From: Vulcanimicrobiota bacterium | GTDB lineage: Bacteria; Vulcanimicrobiota; Xenobia; Xenobiales; JADMJV01 | Length of the DNA: 64,000 bases | NCBI GenBank assembly: GCA_050250895.1 | Contig: JBFWNU010000001.1 | Span: forward strand, 2,022,210 to 2,086,209 | Reading direction: 5' to 3' | In this document: one piece after another, positions 54,913 to 62,528 of the stretch | How the letters are laid out: each line of letters begins with the position of its first letter | Position numbering within the stretch: position 1 is the first letter of the stretch | The notes under the pieces: generated by a model | The model's database searches: none | The model's input: the letters and a program-made list of their open reading frames with translations, nothing else | Told to the model about the DNA's origin: nothing | Program-made: the position numbers and the translations under genes

Positions 54913-55576
54913 AGATGTAGCGAGGGTTGCGCGCGTCGGGCTCGAGCTTCTTGCGCAGGTAGGTCACGTAAAGGCGAAGGATCTGGGTGTCGTCGCGATA
55001 TTCTGGTCCCCACACCCGGCTCAGCAGGGTTTCGTGGGTGAGCAGCTTGCCCGGATAGTTGATGAACTGATGCAGCAGCTTGAACTCGGTGGGTCGCAAA
55101 TGGACGGGCTCACCGTCGACTACCGCCTGGCGGCGATCGAGGTCCACCGAGAGGTGGTCATCGATCTCGATCAGTCCGCGGGTCACCGGGGCAGGCATCT
55201 CCGTGCGGCGCAGCACGGCTTTGATCCGGCTGACCAATTCGCGGTGGTTGAACGGCTTGCCCAGATAGTCGTCGGCTCCCAGTTCGAGGCCTAACACCCG
55301 ATCGTCGTCGCTGGCCTGGACGGTCACCATGATCACCGGCGCCGAGGCCGTCTGGCGCAACTGGCGTAAGACCTCGAAACCGCTGATGTCGGGCAGGTTC
55401 AGGTCTAATACCACCAGATCGGGCATCTCCTCGCGGGCTCGCTCGAGGCCCTCGGTTCCGGTCACCGCGCCGGTCACGATAAAGCCCGCTCCCTCGAGAG
55501 TCACCCGGATCAGGTCGAGCATGTGGGGCTCGTCCTCGACCACCAGGATTCGCCTATCTCGAAAATCTTTGGCCAT
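54863..55576 (-). CDS. OmpR-family two-component response regulator (REC domain plus winged helix)
   Basis: ILVVEDEPHMLDLI...DLVVLDLNLPDISGFEV...GADDYLGKPF plus a C-terminal wHTH ...LRPTEFKLLHQFINYPGKLLTHETLLSRVWG.... The ATG shares a nucleotide with the histidine kinase stop (TAATG). Confidence 0.9.
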   Translation of the reverse strand: MAKDFRDRRILVVEDEPHMLDLIRVTLEGAGFIVTGAVTGTEGLERAREEMPDLVVLDLNLPDISGFEVLRQLRQTASAPVIMVTVQASDDDRVLGLELGADDYLGKPFNHRELVSRIKAVLRRTEMPAPVTRGLIEIDDHLSVDLDRRQAVVDGEPVHLRPTEFKLLHQFINYPGKLLTHETLLSRVWGPEYRDDTQILRLYVTYLRKKLEPDARNPRYIFNERGLGYRFRDYQKA

Positions 55577-57120
55577 TATTCACCGCGAGGAACAGTAAAG
55601 TAGAAACTGGCTCCTCCTCGCTCTCCTTCCTCTACTCCGATGGTGCCGCCGTGGGCATCCACGATCGATTTGCTGATATAAAGTCCCAGGCCGGCCCCCC
55701 GAACCGTCTGGCCGATACCTCGCTCGAAGGCCTCGAACAGTCGCTCCCGTTCGCCCTGGGCGATGCCGGGGCCGCTGTCGGTCACCCGGATGGTGACCTT
55801 TCGGCTATCCCATTCGACCTTGACCTCGATGGGAGTGCCGCCACCATACTTGGTGGCGTTTTCAATCAGGTTGGTCAAGACCTGCTGGATGCGTCCACTA
55901 TCGACCCTCACCAGGATGCTGTCGTGGGGCATCACCAATTCGAGTTCGCAGTTCGCCGCTTTGAGGACGGGCGCCAGTTTTTGGGCCACCCGTCTAACCA
56001 GGCTGGCCAGATCCTCGCTTTCGTACTGAAGCTGGATACCGCCGGCTTGTATGCGGGTGGCCTCGAGCATCTGGCCCACCATCTTCTCGAGGCGGACGCT
56101 CTCTTCGAGAATGATGCCCGCCTTCTCGCGGATGGTCTCGGCCGAGAGGTTGACCTCGGGGTCGCTGATCAAGCCCGCAAAACCCTTGATGATGGCGATG
56201 GGCGTGTGTAACTCGTGGCTCACGGCCGACAGAAACAGCTTCTGGAGGCGTTCGACCTCTTTGCGACGACTGATGTCGCGGACCGTCATCACCCAGCCCA
56301 GGGCTTGATTGTTCTCGTCAAACAGAGGAGCTCCGCTGAGCTCGATATCCATCGGCTCGCCGCGGCGGTCATACAGAATGGCCTCGACCGGTTCGGTGCG
56401 TTGGGAAAAATGGCGCCGGCCGAGCCGCTCGAGCGAGGTCTGGTCGCGAGGTTGAGACTCGAGCTTGACCGGAAAAACCTCGTGGCTGGGTCGTCCGGCG
56501 GCCTCCCCGATGGTCCAGCCGGTGAGCTTGGACATGGTCAGATTGTAGCCGACCACCAGGCCCTGACGATCGAGAATGACCACCCCGTCCGAACTGTGTT
56601 GGACCACCGCTTCCAGCCAGCGCCGCTCGGCAAGCAGGCGCTGCAGCAGCCGGGCATTCTGGATGGTGATATCGACCTTGTCGACAAACAGATGATAGAG
56701 GCCTGGCGACATGCGCGGGGTCTCTTGCGAGTTGAGCAGGCAGAAGAAGCCGATGGAGCGGCCCCCGCTGCGCACCGGCACCGTCAAAGCCATGCCTCCG
56801 GCTGCATCCTGGACGTCGCGGTCGAGTCGCAATACCAGGTCGGGCGAGTCGTTGCCGTGCTCGGTCAATTCATGCACGGCTTGCTCGATCAGGGGTGCGA
56901 TGGTGGCCGTCTTGGCTTCGTCGACGCCAAAGCTCGAGGTGCGCGCATTGCCCTCGTCGAGGGTCATCAACAGACCGCCCTCGCCGCCAGCGGCTCGCAC
57001 CACTTCGCTGAGGATGCGTTCGAGTGACCGGACCGACCCGGGCTCGTCGCCCAGGTCCAGCGAGATTCTCAAAGTCTCGCCATCAGGTAGCTCGACGCCT
57101 ATGGGAACCGGCTCGTCCAT
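55576..57120 (-). CDS. cytoplasmic sensor histidine kinase (GAF-PAS-HisKA-HATPase)
   Basis: H-box LSAVSHELHTPIAII. N-box VLTNLIENATKYG. G-boxes DSGPGI and GAGLGLYISKSIV. Confidence 0.9.
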   Translation of the reverse strand: MDEPVPIGVELPDGETLRISLDLGDEPGSVRSLERILSEVVRAAGGEGGLLMTLDEGNARTSSFGVDEAKTATIAPLIEQAVHELTEHGNDSPDLVLRLDRDVQDAAGGMALTVPVRSGGRSIGFFCLLNSQETPRMSPGLYHLFVDKVDITIQNARLLQRLLAERRWLEAVVQHSSDGVVILDRQGLVVGYNLTMSKLTGWTIGEAAGRPSHEVFPVKLESQPRDQTSLERLGRRHFSQRTEPVEAILYDRRGEPMDIELSGAPLFDENNQALGWVMTVRDISRRKEVERLQKLFLSAVSHELHTPIAIIKGFAGLISDPEVNLSAETIREKAGIILEESVRLEKMVGQMLEATRIQAGGIQLQYESEDLASLVRRVAQKLAPVLKAANCELELVMPHDSILVRVDSGRIQQVLTNLIENATKYGGGTPIEVKVEWDSRKVTIRVTDSGPGIAQGERERLFEAFERGIGQTVRGAGLGLYISKSIVDAHGGTIGVEEGERGGASFYFTVPRGE

Positions 57121-57252
57121 TCCCTCTGCCTTCTTCTCGGCCCCACCGGGCCCCTACCGTTAACGATTCTCTAATTCTGGTCTTGCGGCCCTCTAACGCA
57201 GCTCGCCTACACTGTAAACGACTCAAGAACATCTCCAAGGAGGAAGCAACAA

Positions 57253-57666
57253 ATGAACTTGATCAAATTTGAACCCTTCAACGAACTGGCTGGACTGACC
57301 GACACTCTGGAGCGCTCCTTCCTGCGACGCAAAGAGTGGAACGTCCCGGTGATGCAGCTTGATGCCATCGAGACCGCCGAAGAACTGGTCATCAAAGCCA
57401 CGGTGCCGGGAGCCAGCAAAGAGTCGTTCCAGGCGGAGTTCGAGGATGGTGTGCTCTCGATCAAAGCTGAAGTAAAAGCCGACGAGACCCTCGAGAACGC
57501 CCGCTATCACCTGCGCGAGCGCACCTTCGGCAAAGTCTCTCGCACCTTGCGCATCCCCTTCCACGTGGAAGCCGACCAGACCAGAGCCGAGTTCGAGAAT
57601 GGCGTCTTGACCCTGACCCTCCCTAAGGCGACCAGCGCCCGCAAGCGCGTGATCGAAATCCAATAG
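57253..57666 (+). CDS. Hsp20/alpha-crystallin family small heat-shock protein
   Basis: The alpha-crystallin domain ...ELVIKATVPGASKESFQAEFEDGVLSIKAE...GKVSRTLRIPFHVEADQTRAEFENGVLTLTLPK is present. Strong Shine-Dalgarno sequence AGGAGGAAG. Confidence 0.9.
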   Translation: MNLIKFEPFNELAGLTDTLERSFLRRKEWNVPVMQLDAIETAEELVIKATVPGASKESFQAEFEDGVLSIKAEVKADETLENARYHLRERTFGKVSRTLRIPFHVEADQTRAEFENGVLTLTLPKATSARKRVIEIQ

Positions 57667-57682
57667 ACGCCCCGAGCAGACC

Positions 57683-57720
57683 TCCCACCTGGCGTGGGGG
57701 GTCTTTTTTTTTCTCCGGCG
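57683..57720 (+). terminator. rho-independent terminator of the Hsp20 gene
   Basis: 10-bp stem with one G-U pair, GACCUCCCAC-cuggc-GUGGGGGGUC, followed by a U9 tract. Confidence 0.65.
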
Positions 57721-57733
57721 AACCATCCGTGCG

Positions 57734-58846
57734 ATGCAGGCCAGAATCGCGATTTTGGTGCTATTGTTGGCGGCCGCCGGCTGGACGGCCGATTGGGATA
57801 GTCTTAAGCAGGCCGGGGACGAAGCGCTCAAGTCCAAGGACTACGCGGCCGCCGTGAGCCAGTTCGAGAAGCTGGTGGATGCCTTTCCCGAGCGGGCCGC
57901 GGCCCACAACGCGCTGGGTTTTGCCTACTACATGAACGGGCAGTTCGAGCCGGCCGAAAAGCAGTTTGAAGCGGTGCTTGCCCGCGAGGCCAACAATCCG
58001 GCCGCCCAGCGCAATCTCTTGATGGTGGGAGGCCGATTGGCGTTAGAGATGGACTACGATCAGGCCATCTCCAAGCTTGACCGATTGGCCAGGCGGTTTC
58101 CCAAGAACCCAGAACTGGTGGCCCTCTCTTTCTATCGAGGCAAGCTCCACTTTTTGAACGGACGGACCGATCTCGGCCTGGCCGCCTGGCAGGAGGTTGC
58201 CCGGGCCCGCCCTCAGTCGGCCACGGCCGACTTTCTGACCGGTCTCGAGGCTCACCGCCGCGGTGACCTCGACCAGGCCCGCCAGTCGTATGAAAAGGCG
58301 CTGGAGAAGATGTCGGATGAGGTGGTGTGGGTCACCTATCTGGCCGCACTGCTCTATGAACAGGGTCATCCCGACTGGGGCCTGGCCCTGGCCGACCCTT
58401 TCCTGGCCGACAATCCCGGCTATGCCCACCTGCAAGTGTTGGCCTCGAAGCTCGACCAGAACAGGGCCCTGAGAATCCTGACCAAAGCCTCGGAAGGGGG
58501 GCTGCCCGGGGCCCAGCTCCAGATGGGAGCCCGCTTGCTGGGAGTCGAGATCGCCACGGCCCGCCGCGAACTGAGCGCCGCCTTAGGTCGCTCGGGAGCC
58601 CCTGCCGTCGTGGTGTTGGGCGATTCCGCCACCTTCATGTGGATCGACGACTTTCCCCTGGGCCCGCCTCCCATCGGCTGGTTCGTGAACCCCGGTACCC
58701 ACCGGCTGTTGGCTCGCAATCCCAAACGGGCCCCCTCGACGCGCGAGTTTAGCGTGGCCGCCGACAGCCTCAAGATCGCTCGCATCACCAGCGCCATCGA
58801 GTTGCTCGATCGGCCGCGCAAGGCCGAGCTGGTGCCTGCTCGCTAG
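57734..58846 (+). CDS. secreted TPR-repeat protein
   Basis: Signal peptide MQARIAILVLLLAAAGWTA followed by multiple TPR-like helices. ATG start. Confidence 0.7.
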   Translation: MQARIAILVLLLAAAGWTADWDSLKQAGDEALKSKDYAAAVSQFEKLVDAFPERAAAHNALGFAYYMNGQFEPAEKQFEAVLAREANNPAAQRNLLMVGGRLALEMDYDQAISKLDRLARRFPKNPELVALSFYRGKLHFLNGRTDLGLAAWQEVARARPQSATADFLTGLEAHRRGDLDQARQSYEKALEKMSDEVVWVTYLAALLYEQGHPDWGLALADPFLADNPGYAHLQVLASKLDQNRALRILTKASEGGLPGAQLQMGARLLGVEIATARRELSAALGRSGAPAVVVLGDSATFMWIDDFPLGPPPIGWFVNPGTHRLLARNPKRAPSTREFSVAADSLKIARITSAIELLDRPRKAELVPAR

Positions 58847-59763
58847 AAGTTCTCGCGGATGATATAGTCGCTGGCCGGCTGACCATTCCTGGCCGGCGTC
58901 GGAGCGGGCGCGGGCTTGGGCGGTGGCTCGACCGGCTTAGGCGGATCGGGCTTGACGGCCACCGGTGGGTCCTCGGCGATGGTCCAGTCAGGAGGGCGCT
59001 CGGGCTCGGCCGGGCTTGGAGCGGGCTCGAGCGGTGACTCCAGCACCACTGGCACTGGAGGTGGCTCGACTGCTTCGGTGGGCTGCTCGGCCGTGTCGGT
59101 GGGTTCGACTGCGAGGGGGGCGATGGTCTCCTCGGCCGACGGGTCGACCTCGGGCTCGACCACCGCCGCGGGTTCGACAGGCTCGGGCTCGACGACTTCA
59201 GGCGAGGCGTCGCCGACTCGCACGGTCGGCTCGGTATGCGGCGCGATCTGGTCGAGGGTGACATCGCTGCTGGGATCGGACGTTACGGAATTCTCGGGGG
59301 GCCAGAGCAGGCCCGCCACTACCCAGGCCAGAGCGAACATCACGAAGATGGTGCCCAGGTACCGTCCCCACGGGACCCCGCGCTCGAGGGGCTCAGGCTC
59401 GGGTGCCTCTTCGGCCCCAGACTCTGGCTCTGGTTCGACGGCCAGGACAGGTTCCACCTCGGGTTCTTTAGGGACGGGGGGAGGCGTCTCGGACTGGACC
59501 GATTGCAACTCGATCGAGGGCGGAACCCGCTCGGGGTCTTCGCTTGAGCGATAGAAGCCCTTCTTCATGGTCTCGGGAACCAGATCTTCGAGTTCTTCTT
59601 TGGTCTGCGCCTCGCGCTCGGAACGGGGAGGATACTGCAGCTCGAGGGTGGGCTTGTCGCCGGCTTTGTCCTGGTCCAGGCGAGGCCGCATCCGCGGCCG
59701 CTTGAGTTCGAGGTCGAGAAGGACCTTGGGCGGCTTGCCGTCTTTACTGGCGTCTTCGCTCAC
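58843..59763 (-). CDS. proline/glutamate-rich single-pass membrane protein (TonB-like linker without a TonB C-terminal domain)
   Basis: Cytoplasmic N-terminus, TM YLGTIFVMFALAWVVAGLLW, then EPxPVEP/PKPVEPPPKPAPAP repeats. GTG start, uncertain. Overlaps the convergent TPR gene by 4 nt. Confidence 0.5.
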   Translation of the reverse strand: MSEDASKDGKPPKVLLDLELKRPRMRPRLDQDKAGDKPTLELQYPPRSEREAQTKEELEDLVPETMKKGFYRSSEDPERVPPSIELQSVQSETPPPVPKEPEVEPVLAVEPEPESGAEEAPEPEPLERGVPWGRYLGTIFVMFALAWVVAGLLWPPENSVTSDPSSDVTLDQIAPHTEPTVRVGDASPEVVEPEPVEPAAVVEPEVDPSAEETIAPLAVEPTDTAEQPTEAVEPPPVPVVLESPLEPAPSPAEPERPPDWTIAEDPPVAVKPDPPKPVEPPPKPAPAPTPARNGQPASDYIIRENF

Positions 59764-59857
59764 TTTGGGTCCTCCTTTTCCGGTTCGGTCTCTGGCAGTT
59801 TTCTGGTGGGCCGTGGGCCTCTCCTCCTGTTGACGCGTGGCTTTGCCGAGGCATAGG

Positions 59858-59885
59858 TTGACGACTTGACATTAAAGTGTATAAT
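59858..59885 (+). promoter_or_regulatory. near-consensus sigma70-type promoter (TTGACG, 16-bp spacer, TATAAT) driving the leader of the HD-GYP/SARP regulator gene
   Basis: -35 TTGACG at 59858-59863 and -10 TATAAT at 59880-59885. Two hairpins follow downstream at 59901-59915 and 59923-59940. Confidence 0.45.
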
Positions 59886-59963
59886 CAACACGAAAAAGAG
59901 CGTCTTCAAGACGCCAAAAACGGTCGGGTCTGTTCCGACCCGGCAGAACCGAGCTATAGAACG

Positions 59964-60044
59964 ATGACAGCAGGAGAGATCCTTTTGTTCGCGGTGGCCG
60001 CGACACTGTGGGTGGCCACCTGCACCTTCTTCCGGACCGGATAG
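59964..60044 (+). CDS. candidate 26-codon hydrophobic leader or small ORF (MTAGEILLFAVAATLWVATCTFFRTG)
   Basis: ATG-to-TAG frame in the 5' leader between the promoter and the regulator start. A hairpin, GGGAaacaattgTCCC, directly precedes the regulator ATG. Confidence 0.2.
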   Translation: MTAGEILLFAVAATLWVATCTFFRTG

Positions 60045-60080
60045 AGGAAAATTCGAACAGCGGGAAACAATTGTCCCTTT

Positions 60081-62201
60081 ATGTCCGGGCAGCTGATTTC
60101 TCGATACAGTGATCTGGTCAAATCCCTGATCACTTTGCTCGAACTGCGCAATCCCTATAATATCGACCACTGCAAATTGGTCGCACGCTATTGCGATCTT
60201 ATTGCCCGCAAGGCCGACCTCGACCCCGCTGCCCGCACTCGGGTGGTGCAGGCGGCCGAGTTGCATACCCTCGGCGTGAGCCTGCAGATGGAAGAGAAGA
60301 AGCCCTATCAGGCGCTGCCCATCACTCAGCTGGGGCTAACGTCGGGCCGCGATGTTCCCATGCACATCCGCGAAGAGCACATCCTTCGCAAGGTGCTGGG
60401 CGGCATTGAAGGGCTCGAGGATTGCGTCGACGTGATCATTCAGCGCTATGAGTGGTTCGACGGCACGGGCTCGCTCTATGGATTGGCGGGGGATGCGATT
60501 TTGCCGGAGGGACGTTTGCTGGCCGTGGCTGACGCTTTCGTGGACCTGGCTACCCCCAAGAAGCACCGACCTCAAGAAACGACGCGGGTGGTGCTGGCTC
60601 GCATCATGGAGCAATCCGGCACGCAGTTCGACCCCCGCTACGTGGAAGCCCTGGCCGCAGTGGTCGAAGAAGAGGAGGGTCGCTGGAAAGCGGCCGGACG
60701 GGTCGAGCACTTCGAGACGGCGCGTTGTCGCCACTATCTCAATCTAGGCCACCTCTATATTGCTATCCACGAGACCCGCTGGGCTCTGCGATCCTATCTC
60801 AAAGCCGAAAAGATCGCGGTCGAGATGCAAGACCGCGGCCTCGAGCTGGGAGCCATTTCCGGCCAGGTGATGGTCTATTGCAACCGGGGCGAACTCGAGC
60901 GAGCCCGCGAGGCCCTGCAACGGGCCCGCACCCGCAGCCAATCCGAACGCGAGCGGCACGGTTATCACCTGATGTGGGGCCTGGTCGAGTGGCTGAGCGG
61001 ACGCCAGGAAAACGGCAAGCAGATTCTCGACGGGGTGGCCGAACATTACGAGAAGACGCGCAACGTGCCTGGCCTGGCCGCCTCGTTGGGTTTGCAAGCC
61101 AACATGCTTTTGATTCACCGCGGGGTCGATGACATCGAGCACAAGGAGTGCCTTAAACGCTTTCTGACCCTGGTGCGCGACCACGACCTGTTTGATGTGG
61201 TCGAGCGTTACCGCCCCTTCACTCTGCCGGTTTTTCTGTCAGCCGTGGTCAACGACTGCGAGTCGGTGACAGCCCGGGCCATGCTGACCCGCATGGGCGA
61301 GCCCTGCCACCGCGCCCTGCGCGAGCGTCTCGGGGATAGTCCGCCCAGCGAGTGGACCAGTATCCTCTTGCCCGAGCCGGTCATCCCTACCCCCGAGGCT
61401 CCGCCCAAAGTCACCTCGACCAACCACAACAGCTCGAAGAAACGGGTGTTCGTGCGCACTCTGGGCGGCTTTCGGCTGGAGTTCGGCGACAAAGAGGTGG
61501 CCGAAGACGATTGGCCCACCCAGAAGTCGCTGCGCCTGTTTGCTCATCTGGCCTCAGGCAAAGGCATCCCCCTGTCCGACAACTATCTCATGGAGACCTT
61601 CTGGCCCGACTCGACCCTCGAAAAGGCCCGCAACTCGCTGCGTAACGCGATTCACCAGATCCGCTCGGTGCTAAAAGAAGTGCTCGACACCCCCCCCGCC
61701 CAGGTGGTCGTGCGCAGCCGCAAAGCCGGCACCGTGGCCCTGGCTCTCGACTACGAGCTAGACCTCGAGCGCTTCGACGGGTTGTTGACCCAGGCCCAGA
61801 CTCTGGTCGACCAGGGTCAGAGCCAACCGGCCCTCGAAGCCGTCAAGGCGGCCCTGGTTCTCTACAAAGGCGATTTTCTCGAGGGCATCTACGAGGACTG
61901 GAGCGACGGCCTGCGGGTGCAATACAAAGAGGCCTATCTACGCGCGCTGGCCCTCTTGGCCCGCGCCTATCTCGACGGCGGCAATCCCGAGGCCGCCGAG
62001 ATCTCGGCGCGCAAGATTCTCTCCGTCGACGACCTGCGCGAAGACGCCCACGGCTTGCTCATCGAAGCCGTCAATTCCGACGGCCGCCCGGCCGAGGCGA
62101 TTCGCCTCTATGAAGAGGCGGTCGAGCTGTTCGAACGCGAAATCGGCATCGCCCCCGCCTCCCTCACTCGTTTACTCGAGAAAGTCGGCCTGCTGCTCTA
62201 A
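60081..62201 (+). CDS. multidomain regulator: degenerate HD-GYP domain, TPR-like region, and a C-terminal SARP-family (OmpR-like wHTH plus BTAD) DNA-binding module
   Basis: The HD-GYP fold is recognisable, but HD is replaced by HT (AAELHTLGVS) and HHE..GYP by QRY..SLY (QRYEWFDGTGSLYGL...AVADAFVDL...GTQFDP). The C-terminus ...VFVRTLGGFRLEFGDKEV...LRLFAHLASGKG...ALVLYKGDFLEGIYEDWSDGLRVQYKEAYLRAL... matches AfsR/DnrI SARP plus BTAD. Confidence 0.7.
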   Translation: MSGQLISRYSDLVKSLITLLELRNPYNIDHCKLVARYCDLIARKADLDPAARTRVVQAAELHTLGVSLQMEEKKPYQALPITQLGLTSGRDVPMHIREEHILRKVLGGIEGLEDCVDVIIQRYEWFDGTGSLYGLAGDAILPEGRLLAVADAFVDLATPKKHRPQETTRVVLARIMEQSGTQFDPRYVEALAAVVEEEEGRWKAAGRVEHFETARCRHYLNLGHLYIAIHETRWALRSYLKAEKIAVEMQDRGLELGAISGQVMVYCNRGELERAREALQRARTRSQSERERHGYHLMWGLVEWLSGRQENGKQILDGVAEHYEKTRNVPGLAASLGLQANMLLIHRGVDDIEHKECLKRFLTLVRDHDLFDVVERYRPFTLPVFLSAVVNDCESVTARAMLTRMGEPCHRALRERLGDSPPSEWTSILLPEPVIPTPEAPPKVTSTNHNSSKKRVFVRTLGGFRLEFGDKEVAEDDWPTQKSLRLFAHLASGKGIPLSDNYLMETFWPDSTLEKARNSLRNAIHQIRSVLKEVLDTPPAQVVVRSRKAGTVALALDYELDLERFDGLLTQAQTLVDQGQSQPALEAVKAALVLYKGDFLEGIYEDWSDGLRVQYKEAYLRALALLARAYLDGGNPEAAEISARKILSVDDLREDAHGLLIEAVNSDGRPAEAIRLYEEAVELFEREIGIAPASLTRLLEKVGLLL

Positions 62202-62305
62202 CGGGCCTTCGGCCCGACGGCGAAGCCGAAACACCTCAGCGAAACTGAAACAACGCGGCGAAGCCGCCCAGTGTTACGACGCGAAGCGTCGACTATCCCA
62301 AAACC

Positions 62306-62443
62306 TCGAGGTGAGCCAAAGCGAACCTCGCTCCTTCCTCACGAGCGAAGCGAAGTGCTCCTTCCTCACGAGCAAAGCGAGTGCTCCCCTCTCACGAGCG
62401 AAGCGAAGTGCTCCTTTCTCACGAGCAAAGCGAGTGCCTCGCC
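62306..62443. repeat. tandem direct-repeat array, four 26-27-nt units alternating between two variants (A-B-A-B, 53-nt super-period) plus a degenerate fifth unit. Each unit contains the mini-hairpin-forming core GCGAAGC.
   Basis: Unit 1 is 62338-62364, CTCACGAGCGAAGCGAAGTGCTCCTTC. Unit 2 is 62365-62390, CTCACGAGCAAAGCGAGTGCTCCCCT. Unit 3 is 62391-62417 (variant A again) and unit 4 is 62418-62443 (variant B). More GCGAAGC(G)-containing half-sites lie at 62215-62300. There are no spacers, so this is not a CRISPR array. Confidence 0.7.
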
Positions 62444-62528
62444 GGTTCGAGGATCTTTAGGCACGGCAACGAAGCAAGCTGCCGGTATGGGGAAATCCCC
62501 AGCTGAGTAAGAACGGAGTGGCCTTAGA

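Noticed and set aside
57120-57252. Possible sigma32-type heat-shock promoter upstream of Hsp20 (CTTGCGG...CCTACACT)
   Set aside because: The match to the TCTCNCCCTTGAA / CCCCATNT consensus is weak by eye. It is mentioned only as a possibility.
62306-62443. Possible CRISPR array
   Set aside because: The repeats are directly abutting with no unique spacers, and no cas genes are present. This is a tandem repeat, not a CRISPR.
62110-62510. ORFs 62110..62460 and 62271..62510 across the tandem-repeat array
   Set aside because: Their repetitive peptides (...LTSEAKCSFLTSKAS...) are simply translations of the 26/27-nt DNA repeats. I do not consider them coding.
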